Shown: positions 19,418-28,345, counted from the first letter of the stretch. The stretch is DNA of 64,000 bases from a bacterium (GCA_963674595.2 CAXXFV010000008.1:32001-96000), one strand, 5' to 3'. Translations and numbers: made by a program. Notes: generated by a model not told the origin, from the sequence alone.

Positions 19418-20005
19418 TTACAACCGTGCATTTAAACAATCCGATTGCCAGTTTAACGGATTGTTTTCAATGTATTCGTAAATTCGATTGAAATCCTTTT
19501 GATCGCGTATGATGTGTTCATAATAATTTCGCTGCCATAATTTTTTTTCAAACGGTATCCAGGCCGATTGGTTTACCCCGTGGACGTATTCAAGGGTGGT
19601 GATGGATTTAAATGCCTGAACAATACGACCGATTGTATTCGGTAATGTCCCGTAGGGGCGATCCTTGTGATCGCCTGTACAAGATTCGGGGTGAATATGT
19701 GATTCCGGGTGAATACAAGATTCGGGGCGAATACAAGATTCGCCCCGACCGTGTATTGAAATGATGCCGTGGACATGGTTTGGCATGACGATAAATATTT
19801 CTGTATTTATGTGATTGAATCGTTTGGGCAATTGTTGCCAAATGTTTCGAACCATCATTCCTGAATCGTTCATAATCATTTTTTCATTAACAACGTTGCC
19901 CAACAAACATTTTTTGTTTTGGATGCAAATTGTTATAAAATACGCCCCTGGCTGAGAATAATCATATCCTTTTAATCTGATGGAATGCCGGTTCTTTGTA
20001 TTCAT
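19418..20005 (-). mobile_element. REP-associated tyrosine transposase (RAYT, Y1/HUH)
   Basis: RHSIRLKGYDYSQPGAYFITIC, VMPNHVHGII (HUH), WQRNYYEHIIR, YIENNP; REP palindromes inside and upstream. Confidence 0.92.
19652..19749. repeat. REP doublet with 18-bp tandem units inside the RAYT ORF
   Basis: GTAGGGGCGATCCTTGTGATCGCC ... GGGGCGAATACAAGATTCGCCCCGAC; encodes ESCIRP-ESCIHP-ESHIHP-ESC. Confidence 0.85.
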
Positions 20006-20029
20006 TTTTTAATTCTCAATTATTATATC

Positions 20030-20155
20030 GTAGATGCAATTCTGTGTGATTTTCGTGCTGCATAGAAACATACCAAGTGCGGACACGGAGATGTGTCTTT
20101 AAAGGGCAGACATAGATATCTGCCTTTAGCGGGCAGACACAGGGTCTGCCCCTAC
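20030..20155. repeat. REPIN/BIME-like REP cluster upstream of RAYT
   Basis: GGGCAGACACAGGGTCTGCCCCTAC (20131-20155), degenerate copies at 20104 and 20077 (27-bp period), opposed degenerate GTAG-REP at 20030. Confidence 0.8.
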
Positions 20156-20241
20156 GAATTTTTTGGATTCTGATTTGAAACCAGGTTATCCAGGTGTAAC
20201 TGCCGTGTGTAACAGCCATATTCTTACACCATAATAATATT

Positions 20242-20779
20242 AAACCGAGAGTATTTAAAATATCCGTTCGTCAGATCACAAATAGCAATATGATTTGTGA
20301 ATATCAAATATGAACGCTATGGTTCCAAATTTGCGCTGGCGTAGGTATAACAACTTTTTGCGTCAATTTCTAATTTTATTCGATACGTACCACTGCTTAA
20401 TTCGATACCGCTTTCGCTTGTATGGGTATTCGTATCTTCAAGGTGAAGATATGCATAGGTCCCTCCGCCGCTTTTTTGGAGCCATGCCTGACTTGTTGTT
20501 CCGTTGGCACTACTTTTCCAGAGATTCATGGTGTATTCTTTTCCATCCGGGACCGTTTCCCAACTTGAATATACCGTCACACATTCATTATCTCCACTTC
20601 CATAAACCTCTATCAAGCTTTCAGCAACAACAATAGCAGCTACTAAAAGGACCGTAAGGACTAAAATAACACCTGTTTTTTTTATGCTCATTTTAATACT
20701 CCTTGGTTTAATTTGTACTAAATTTTAGCATTCCGCATCCCTTAACAATCGGTTTAATTATTAGAAATACTCTCGGTTT
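20242..20779. repeat. Segment bounded by perfect 15-bp inverted repeats AAACCGAGAGTATTT / AAATACTCTCGGTTT
   Basis: IRs at 20242-20256 and 20765-20779. Confidence 0.85.
20317..20691 (-). CDS. Small secreted hypothetical protein (124 aa, beta-rich, 2 Cys)
   Basis: AAGGAG RBS; signal peptide MSIKKTGVILVLTVLLVAAIVVA. Confidence 0.75.
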   Translation of the reverse strand: MSIKKTGVILVLTVLLVAAIVVAESLIEVYGSGDNECVTVYSSWETVPDGKEYTMNLWKSSANGTTSQAWLQKSGGGTYAYLHLEDTNTHTSESGIELSSGTYRIKLEIDAKSCYTYASANLEP

Positions 20780-20914
20780 TAACTGTTTAACATTTTTGGT
20801 TGTATCTTTTTCGACAAGCAGACATACCTCACCCTGTAAAACAATTTTGACAGTAAAATAACAGGAATTTGATTTTCGCCTCCACGTAATCTTTCCTTGT
20901 ATACTTGCCCATGT

Positions 20915-21040
20915 TTAAAAGTGGAACATCAACCGATTGTGTTTCAGAAAATCCCGCAAAATGCCAACCGTACTGAAAAACAATCTGTTATGGCTGATAA
21001 ATAAATAATACAAATTATATAAAAACCGTGCAAGGTTTTT
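20915..21040 (-). repeat. Promoter+leader module copy 2
   Basis: TTGCAC-17bp-TATTAT; near-identical to copy 1. Confidence 0.9.
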
Positions 21041-21187
21041 TACAAGAAGGGTTGTAAATTTCAAGGTGTGTGTATTGAATACAAGTTAACAGGTGAGCGC
21101 TGGAAAGCCTGTGAGAGCGTTTTGTTGAAGGACAATATTTTATGAAATCCGTTATTTAAGCATATTATAAAACTAGTGTTAATCTGA

Positions 21188-21892
21188 TTATCTTTCTGAA
21201 AAGATTTTTTTATACATTTTATAATGATCTGTTTCTTTGTATTCGGTTAGTTTAACCGAATTATCATCGAAACTAAAAATCCTGGCATTTTCATATGTCA
21301 ACAAAATAGGAGAGTGGGTCGCAATAACAAACTGGGCATGCCCTTGCAGAGTGTTTTTTTGAATAATTTCCAGTAATGCAAGCTGACTTTTTGGTGACAA
21401 CGCTGTTTCCGGTTCATCGAGAAAATATATGCCTTTTATCTTGTAACGAGACTCAAAGTATGACATCATGGATTGACCATGGGATTGTGTAATAAGGGAT
21501 TTTCCTCCGAAATATTGTAGCTGCCTGGGATCAGCGGCTGCCCAACCATCGACAATTTTTCTAAAGTCATTAAAAATTTCTGAACCAAAGTATGCGCCGG
21601 GCACCTCTCCATTTACCCACTTGACGGAAATATACCTGAATAATTGTTTTTCGTAGTGATTACCCTGAAAACGGACACTTTCATCCCGGCTCCATATATG
21701 AACGTTACAGGCGAGGGCTATGGCTTCCAGTAACGTAGACTTGCCTGTTCCGTTCTCTCCTACGAAAAAAGTTACCGGTGACTCGAATGTCAATTGTTTG
21801 GTGCGATTAAAAATCGGCAAAGAAAAGGGGTAATAATTATCGCATGGGTATTTTTCATGATGCAGTGTTACACTGGAAATATGATTATTCAT
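21188..21892 (-). CDS. Predicted ABC-type ATPase (COG3910-like)
   Basis: GENGTGKST, QSHGQS, LDEPETALSP, ATHSPIL motifs. Confidence 0.88.
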   Translation of the reverse strand: MNNHISSVTLHHEKYPCDNYYPFSLPIFNRTKQLTFESPVTFFVGENGTGKSTLLEAIALACNVHIWSRDESVRFQGNHYEKQLFRYISVKWVNGEVPGAYFGSEIFNDFRKIVDGWAAADPRQLQYFGGKSLITQSHGQSMMSYFESRYKIKGIYFLDEPETALSPKSQLALLEIIQKNTLQGHAQFVIATHSPILLTYENARIFSFDDNSVKLTEYKETDHYKMYKKIFSER

Positions 21893-22067
21893 TTTACTTG
21901 TTAACCTTTTTAGGGTGAATATGTTTTCTTTTTGATCGCCCGGGAATTTGTTCATTCGGACGGATTAATGAGTCCAACTCTCAATTTTATAATGTTCCAT
22001 TTAACGATGATGGTTTATATCTGTTAAGGCCGGACCTTTATTTTCCACCCCTGGAGGTCGGCTCCTC

Positions 22068-22181
22068 TGGACGATCAACCGATAGTGTTTCAGAGAATTT
22101 TCAAGTTTTTAACCGCTCTGAAAAAGTTTTAAGATAATGAATGAATAATACAAATTATATAAAAACAGCGCAAGGTTTTTA
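22068..22181 (-). repeat. Promoter+leader module copy 3 (more diverged)
   Basis: TTGCGC-17bp-TATTAT; TTTTTCAGAGCGGTT..CTCTGAAACACTATCGGTTGA. Confidence 0.85.
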
Positions 22182-22259
22182 TGGAAAATAATTGTATTTA
22201 TTTAAGCCCGGGATGTTCGTAAAAATTATCAGATATTGCAGTAATAGTAAAAATGTTTG

Positions 22260-22302
22260 AATGCAAAAAAGGATGGTGGCAGACACCATCCTTTTTTGCA
22301 TT
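22260..22302 (-). terminator. Rho-independent (bidirectional-type) terminator
   Basis: AATGCAAAAAAGGATGGTG-GCAGA-CACCATCCTTTTTTGCATT perfect 19-bp stem just after the stop at 22315. Confidence 0.85.
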
Positions 22303-22314
22303 ATTGGTTTGAAA

Positions 22315-24600
22315 TTATTTCACTAGCATAATTTTTTTTACATCGATAAACTCACATGCCGTTATTTTGTAAAGGTACAAACCACTTGGGCATATTGTTC
22401 CCTGTTCGGTGCGGCTGTCCCAAACTATGGAATAGGAGCCGGCCTGTTGGGTTTTACTTACCAGCGTTTTTATTTTTTGGCCTTTAAGATTAAATATTTC
22501 AAGTGTGACATCGGACTTTTTCGGAATGCTGTATTGAATTGTTGTTTCCGGATTAAAGGGATTGGGATAGTTTTGGGAAAGTTTGTATTGGGTCGGTAGT
22601 GTTTTCGGTGACTGTTTTGGGGCGACATCCGTTACGTTATAAGTATAAGAACCCACGTAAAAGTTGTCAAACTCGACCTCATTTTGCGTGTTAACTGAAT
22701 TGATGACAAATACACCAACACGACCGAGATAAAGGGTTTCTGTTTTTATTTCGCCCAGATAACCACCATTGCAGTAAAATTTGACAATGCTGTCCCGTGC
22801 AGCAACCTCAAGGATATTACATTGTTCCAGTCCCTGTTTAATAAAATCTGATGAGCCGGTAAGCATGGGGTATGCCCAGCTTTGGCCATCAAACATATCA
22901 ACATAAAAAGATCCGTTTGTTGAAACGTTAAAATAATAGGTCATGTCAGACTGGGGATCGTTTTTGAAGGCAATTCCGAACGGATCTGCCGTACCGTTTG
23001 TTTTTGTGCATTGAACATGCATGTTTAAGTTGAAAAAATTTTCATTAAGAAATGCATGTGATAAAAAGTCAGACTGGGGATTATAGTTCAGTTTATTATC
23101 ATTTACAGACCAGGCATTTGCGTCAGCCGGTGAGGATACCCAGTTTGACGGTAGTGTTGCACTTTGCTGGTTAAAGTGATAAAAATAATCTTTTGGGCTG
23201 GTTTTAACGATTAATACATCCGTATCCTGACCGCTATGCTCATTATTTCGATCAGGGAAATTTACGTTTGCAGCGGGAGCGTCTCCAAAGATATAAATAT
23301 TCATATCCTCATCGACATAAATGTCTGCAAAATGATTTCCTATAAGTGGCAGAACGCAGTCTTCTGTAATAAACCATTGATGCGTTCCCAGGTCTGCGTC
23401 AAAAAATTGTATAGCGAAAAAACTGGGTGTGCTTTTCGCAATTGTAATAATTTTACGGCACGGCAGCAATTTGGGACGGTCAACACAACCACCCCATTGA
23501 TTGGAATAAGAGTTCCAGTCAATATCGCCACTGTTTTCGTCAATTTTAGTCAGGTAACCATCTCCGCCATCAAAATTGTACGGCTCAATAATATCACCTT
23601 CCATGTTTTCTGAATACGTCCAACCAGATACCCATAGGTTTCCCAGATTGTCACCGATAATGCTGTTAGCATGATCGTTGTTTGAACCGCCGATATAAAG
23701 TGACCAGATGACATGTAAATCTGAATCCATTTTACATGCAAAAGCGTCGTAATAATCACCGTTTCCACCATGCCACTGATTTACCGCATTGGGTAAATCA
23801 TACGTTGTACCTGCATATTGCCAGTCAATATCTCCTGCCAGGAAAATATCCCCTTCACCATTGATAAAAATATCACTTGCCTTAACAGCTCCCTGTGATC
23901 CGCAATACCAGACAGATTTGACCACATTTCCGTCCGTTGTTAGTTTTGAAACAAAGGTATCCTGAGCGCCGGTAAATTCGTTTTCGACTTTTAAAAGTTG
24001 ATAATTATAGGAATAGCCGGTAACATAAATATAACCATCATACATACGCAAAGCATTCCCCTGTGAACCGTAGGAGCCGTTGGTGAGAAAGCGTGTCCAT
24101 TCAATTGAGCCGGACGTAGCGCTTAAACAGGATACATACGCTCCATAACCCCATCCTGGATTCAGTACTCCGGGAATATCATTTGCGTCGGATTTCCCGG
24201 TGACATAGATATTTTCCCCTTCAGGATCAATTGTAATACCGTTAACGGTGCTATAATTTGTTCCACCGATATAGGTAGTCCAGAGAATAGAGCCGTTTTC
24301 ATCTACTTTCGCTGCGAAACCGCAGGTATTATCCCACGGATGCGAATTGGTCCTGTTTGGCAGGTTTGCTGTTCTGGTTTCCCCAACGAGATAAAAATTG
24401 CCTTCTGCATCGGTATCTGTTTGGTTAATTATATCATATCCTCCCCAAAAGACATCGCTGCCGCCAATAAATGTTGACCAGTGTAATTGTAGTGAATCAA
24501 TGGCAAAAGAGGGTGTTGTGCAGAACAGAAAACAGGCAAAGGTAATAAATATTATCACCTGACTGTTGAATTTAAAAAGTTTTGAAAAATTGAGAATCAA
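22315..24600 (-). CDS. Secreted SBBP-repeat beta-propeller protein with lectin-like module and C-terminal secretion (T9SS type A/FlgD-like) domain
   Basis: Repeated WSTFIGG/WTTYIGG/WSLYIGG, GNFYLVG; LSQNYPNPFNPETTIQY...SGLYLYKI...KKIMLVK; GAGGAGG RBS with TTG start. Confidence 0.85.
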   Translation of the reverse strand: MILNFSKLFKFNSQVIIFITFACFLFCTTPSFAIDSLQLHWSTFIGGSDVFWGGYDIINQTDTDAEGNFYLVGETRTANLPNRTNSHPWDNTCGFAAKVDENGSILWTTYIGGTNYSTVNGITIDPEGENIYVTGKSDANDIPGVLNPGWGYGAYVSCLSATSGSIEWTRFLTNGSYGSQGNALRMYDGYIYVTGYSYNYQLLKVENEFTGAQDTFVSKLTTDGNVVKSVWYCGSQGAVKASDIFINGEGDIFLAGDIDWQYAGTTYDLPNAVNQWHGGNGDYYDAFACKMDSDLHVIWSLYIGGSNNDHANSIIGDNLGNLWVSGWTYSENMEGDIIEPYNFDGGDGYLTKIDENSGDIDWNSYSNQWGGCVDRPKLLPCRKIITIAKSTPSFFAIQFFDADLGTHQWFITEDCVLPLIGNHFADIYVDEDMNIYIFGDAPAANVNFPDRNNEHSGQDTDVLIVKTSPKDYFYHFNQQSATLPSNWVSSPADANAWSVNDNKLNYNPQSDFLSHAFLNENFFNLNMHVQCTKTNGTADPFGIAFKNDPQSDMTYYFNVSTNGSFYVDMFDGQSWAYPMLTGSSDFIKQGLEQCNILEVAARDSIVKFYCNGGYLGEIKTETLYLGRVGVFVINSVNTQNEVEFDNFYVGSYTYNVTDVAPKQSPKTLPTQYKLSQNYPNPFNPETTIQYSIPKKSDVTLEIFNLKGQKIKTLVSKTQQAGSYSIVWDSRTEQGTICPSGLYLYKITACEFIDVKKIMLVK

Positions 24601-24837
24601 GTTACACCTCCTCAGCTTGTTGTTACAGTATTTTTTTAATTACCGTAAAACTTTCAGCCGATTTACATATCGGAGGAAGTGGAATGATGTAAGATTAGAA
24701 TAATAATACCGGATCGGCTGAATGATGTGCAGGCTTTTAAAAGATAACCTTTATTAATAATACATTAACTTGATAAAAAAGGCAAGAACTAAATTGAAAT
24801 TGATGTGGGTTGTTGTTTTCGTTTTATTTTGTGGTTC

Positions 24838-25121
24838 AAACAATCCGAATGCCAATTTGACGGATTGTTTTAAATGAATTCATAAAATCGATTTTTATCA
24901 TTTGGGTCGGGTAAGATGGTTTCATAATAATTTCGTAGATATCCAGGGCGAATACAAGATTCGCCCCTATGGGGAATTATCATATACTTATAATCTGGTG
25001 TAATATCGGTTCTATTTATTCATTTTTATAATGCTTGAATTATTATATCGTAGGTGCAATCCTGTGTGATTTCCATGCAACATAGAAACATAATAAGGGC
25101 AGACGTAAGGTCTGTTCCTAC
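24838..25121 (-). pseudogene. Internally deleted, degenerate RAYT copy with REPs (MITE-like remnant)
   Basis: 24838-24935 aligns to RAYT 3' end (from 19434); ~24975-25092 aligns to RAYT 5' end and upstream region (~19960-20072); REPs at 24946-24970 and 25097-25121. Confidence 0.85.
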
Positions 25122-26212
25122 TATGGCCGCCAAGCTGGTGGTGAACCTTCCATGATAGTAGGATAGCATCCCTTACCGGCTGTGTCTGCAATTAATATTC
25201 TTTTGCGATGATTTTTTAATATGGTTTTAAAGGAAATGTACTTGCCGTCGTGGGAAATATGCGGCATCGGCACATAAACACCGTAGTTTATACTTTCACA
25301 GATTTTGATCAAGTCTGTTCCGTCTGCCGCCATGGTGTAAAATTTAAAATTACCGGGATCTACCATTAAACCCCGCATGGAAATTACTTTCATATCCGGC
25401 ACACCACATAAATAGACAATCCTTTTGTCGTCATTTGCCCAATACAGTTTGTAAACAGCGTCTTTGGCTTTGTGGATATTGTTAACTTTAAAAGATTCCA
25501 TGTCTAAAATAAATATATCCTTGCCTGCACTGATTGCCGCTTTTTTGGAATTTCGTGAAAGTGCAAATGCTTCAACATTTTCAAGTTTTTGGATATTTTT
25601 TGAGGAATTTTTTTCAAGAATAGCAATTTTATTATTTCCCTGTTTATCAATTAAATAAAGTTGAGAATCATCAGCATATAAAATTTGCTGTTTTGATGGC
25701 AGACAAATGAATTTTATTTTTTTCCCTTTAAGGATTTGTGTTTTGTTACCGATTATCTCGATGAGATGAACACCCTTGCGATCAGAAACGATTAGCTCTT
25801 CATTGTTTATCCATTGTGGTGCTATTATATCGTTAAAATAGTTCTCATCACTCACATATAAATTATAGTCAAACTCACCCAGTTCGATTTGTTGATTTGT
25901 CGTTATATCATAACAACATAATAAAGACGGCTTTGTTGCTGTTAAAAAGGCTATTTTCCTTCCCTCTGGTGACCACGTCGAGATCAATGGTTTATTGTTC
26001 GTGTAAAACACTTCTTTGGATGTACTGTCGGACAATGTTGTCAGATAAAAGTGATTGTCCTGAAAATTCAGCAATTCATAATCGTTGGCAAGAGCCTCTT
26101 CAAAGATTGTTTGGTTAAAATATTTACTGCTTGAAACACAAGCGGTAATTATTAAGAATATCGTAAATAGAAAGAGAAAGAGGTTTTTTGATTTTAGCAT
26201 TTTACTTTCCAT
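25121..26212 (-). CDS. Lipoprotein with TolB-like beta-propeller
   Basis: Lipobox ITAC; WSPEGRKIAF, ISHDGKYISF, terminal PAWRP. Confidence 0.75.
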   Translation of the reverse strand: MESKMLKSKNLFLFLFTIFLIITACVSSSKYFNQTIFEEALANDYELLNFQDNHFYLTTLSDSTSKEVFYTNNKPLISTWSPEGRKIAFLTATKPSLLCCYDITTNQQIELGEFDYNLYVSDENYFNDIIAPQWINNEELIVSDRKGVHLIEIIGNKTQILKGKKIKFICLPSKQQILYADDSQLYLIDKQGNNKIAILEKNSSKNIQKLENVEAFALSRNSKKAAISAGKDIFILDMESFKVNNIHKAKDAVYKLYWANDDKRIVYLCGVPDMKVISMRGLMVDPGNFKFYTMAADGTDLIKICESINYGVYVPMPHISHDGKYISFKTILKNHRKRILIADTAGKGCYPTIMEGSPPAWRP

Positions 26213-26232
26213 GTTTAATTAAAAATTTAATA

Positions 26233-27252
26233 TTATTCAACAATCACTTCCACACTGATGATATTTTCATCAAAATCACCGAGATATTGTTTTAAGGTTC
26301 TGCCATAGTTAAAAGCCAGGAATATTGGGAGTTTTTTAGACAATTTTTGCGGGGTTTTAAAGCCCATACCATAGGTAAATCCGGTATAATTGTCTTCTTT
26401 GTTTTCCAGTTTAAAATTATAACCCATTCTGCCATACATGTATGAGAAAAATTGTAATTCAAGACCGGTGCCGAGACGGTTCCAATCGTATGAATAATAT
26501 GTTTTTTCTGCTAAAGTTTTTTGATATTCAACCGTCCCCAGTAGCCCCAAATTCAGTTCACTGAAATCTTTGATATAATAAAGACCGCAACGAAAGAGTT
26601 GCATAGGTTTTGATAAAATATAGGGTCCTTTTTTTAAATCACCTCCTAAATTTGTTATCGATAAACCCAGTCCCCAAATTTCTTTTTCGGCTGTTTTGTG
26701 CCTGCATTGTATGCCGACATCAAACCATAAAATGTTTTCTTTGTTCGGATCCAGTTTTTCTTCATAGTATTTTGCATTTGTGCCTATTGACAATGAATTT
26801 TTACCTTTTACTATTAATCCGGATGCAGAAAATGAATAGATCTTAATTCCGGATTCATACTTGAATATTTTGGGACTATGTTCTGTTGTATAGCTGTGTT
26901 CTCCCAAATTCAAATAAAGATAGTTAACGGCAACAAAAAGGTTTTTATTTATTCGTAGTGCCAGTCCCAGATTTTCCTGGTTATAGCGGCCTTTTTTATC
27001 ATCAATTCCGTATTTTATTTTTGGATAATGCGAATAGCTTATCATCGCTTTTTTCATAAACGACAAACCTGCCGGATTTGTGTATATGGAAAACAACCCT
27101 TCACTATAGGCCGTTCCGGTCAGGCCCAGAGCTGTTCCGCGTGCATCGCTTGGTCTGAATGTATAGGGGATTTCCAGGATGTTACTCTGTGAAAAAAGAT
27201 ATGATATGTTGAGCAAAGACAACAATGTCAAAATTAGCATTTTTTTATTCAT
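26233..27252 (-). CDS. PorV/PorQ-like outer-membrane beta-barrel protein
   Basis: Signal peptide; RPSDARGTALG..YTNPAGL; WFDVG, GLSITNLG, GRMGY motifs. Confidence 0.75.
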   Translation of the reverse strand: MNKKMLILTLLSLLNISYLFSQSNILEIPYTFRPSDARGTALGLTGTAYSEGLFSIYTNPAGLSFMKKAMISYSHYPKIKYGIDDKKGRYNQENLGLALRINKNLFVAVNYLYLNLGEHSYTTEHSPKIFKYESGIKIYSFSASGLIVKGKNSLSIGTNAKYYEEKLDPNKENILWFDVGIQCRHKTAEKEIWGLGLSITNLGGDLKKGPYILSKPMQLFRCGLYYIKDFSELNLGLLGTVEYQKTLAEKTYYSYDWNRLGTGLELQFFSYMYGRMGYNFKLENKEDNYTGFTYGMGFKTPQKLSKKLPIFLAFNYGRTLKQYLGDFDENIISVEVIVE

Positions 27253-27340
27253 GATTTACCTTTCCATGTTATAACTAAATCCATACAAGGGAAAACTGAT
27301 GTTAACTGAAAACATGTCATTTTTTTGATTGATGAATCAA

Positions 27341-28345
27341 TCATTCCAGTTTAATTTCAATACTGAATACATTTTGATTAAAAGAATGATAATTCTTGAG
27401 CCCTTTGCTATAATTTAACGCAATGTAAATAGGAATTGAGTCGGAAAGTTTTTTGGGTGTTATAAAGCCTATACCATAGGTGAAACCTTGCTGCTTATTG
27501 TCAACGTTTTCCAAATTTATATTATAACCGATTCGGCTGAATAAGTGATTAAAAAACCGCATTTCAAGTCCCGTGCCGATACGTGACCAGCGATATTGAG
27601 GAGCGTCTTCATCTCTCAGGCTTTTTTGGTATTCAACGGTCCCTAGTAGTCCAACAGGAGAGTTTTGGATTTGTTCTTTAAGGATTGAACAACCGATACG
27701 TAATAATTCCAAGGGTTCGAGAATTACGTAATCATTGTCTTTTAAATCATTTCCCAGGTTTGTTATGGATATTCCAAGTCCGAATGTTTCCTTTTTAGCT
27801 GTTTCATGTCTATACTGAATACCGATGTCAAACCAGTATACATCAACTTGATATGAATCAATTTTTTCATCATAGTATTTGGCGTTCAATCCAATGGATA
27901 ACGTGTGTTTTTCGTTTTTTATCATTAAACCTGATGCCGATAGGGAATACATTTTAAAAAAGGAGTGTTCCTTTTTGGAATTGTAAGAGCTGTACTCACC
28001 ATAGTTGAGGCAAAAATAGTTATAAGCGAGAAACAGCCTTTTAAAAAGTTGAAAACCGATACCTGCGTTGTCCTGATTATACCGGCCTTTGTCATTAACG
28101 TTGTATTTTGTTGAAGGGTAACGGGAATAGCAAATATTTGTTTTCCCTATAAATGATAAACCTGCCGGATTCGTATAAATAGAAAACATTCCTTCACTAT
28201 AGGCTGAACCTGTTAAACCCAGAGCTGTTCCCCGAACATCATTCGGTCGGATCGTATGCGGAAAATCAAGAACAGCTCCCTGTGGAAATAAATAATTTAC
28301 ATTGAATAAAATCAGAGTTATAAGATACAGCATTTTTTTATTCAT
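27341..28345 (-). CDS. PorV/PorQ-like outer-membrane beta-barrel protein (tandem paralog)
   Basis: RPNDVRGTALG..YTNPAGL; co-linear with 26233-27252. Confidence 0.75.
   Translation of the reverse strand: MNKKMLYLITLILFNVNYLFPQGAVLDFPHTIRPNDVRGTALGLTGSAYSEGMFSIYTNPAGLSFIGKTNICYSRYPSTKYNVNDKGRYNQDNAGIGFQLFKRLFLAYNYFCLNYGEYSSYNSKKEHSFFKMYSLSASGLMIKNEKHTLSIGLNAKYYDEKIDSYQVDVYWFDIGIQYRHETAKKETFGLGISITNLGNDLKDNDYVILEPLELLRIGCSILKEQIQNSPVGLLGTVEYQKSLRDEDAPQYRWSRIGTGLEMRFFNHLFSRIGYNINLENVDNKQQGFTYGIGFITPKKLSDSIPIYIALNYSKGLKNYHSFNQNVFSIEIKLE

Noticed and set aside
19418-20005. IS200/IS605 TnpA with TnpB
   Set aside because: Motifs and GTAG-REPs fit a RAYT; no tnpB nearby
20016-20219. 67-aa ORF
   Set aside because: Mostly translation of the REP cluster (RRGRPCVCP); no RBS
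20310-20636. 108-aa plus-strand ORF
   Set aside because: Shadow of the minus-strand gene that has an RBS and signal peptide
19258-22181. Repeats as a CRISPR array
   Set aside because: Units are ~120 bp, separated by more than 1 kb of genes, and no cas genes are present
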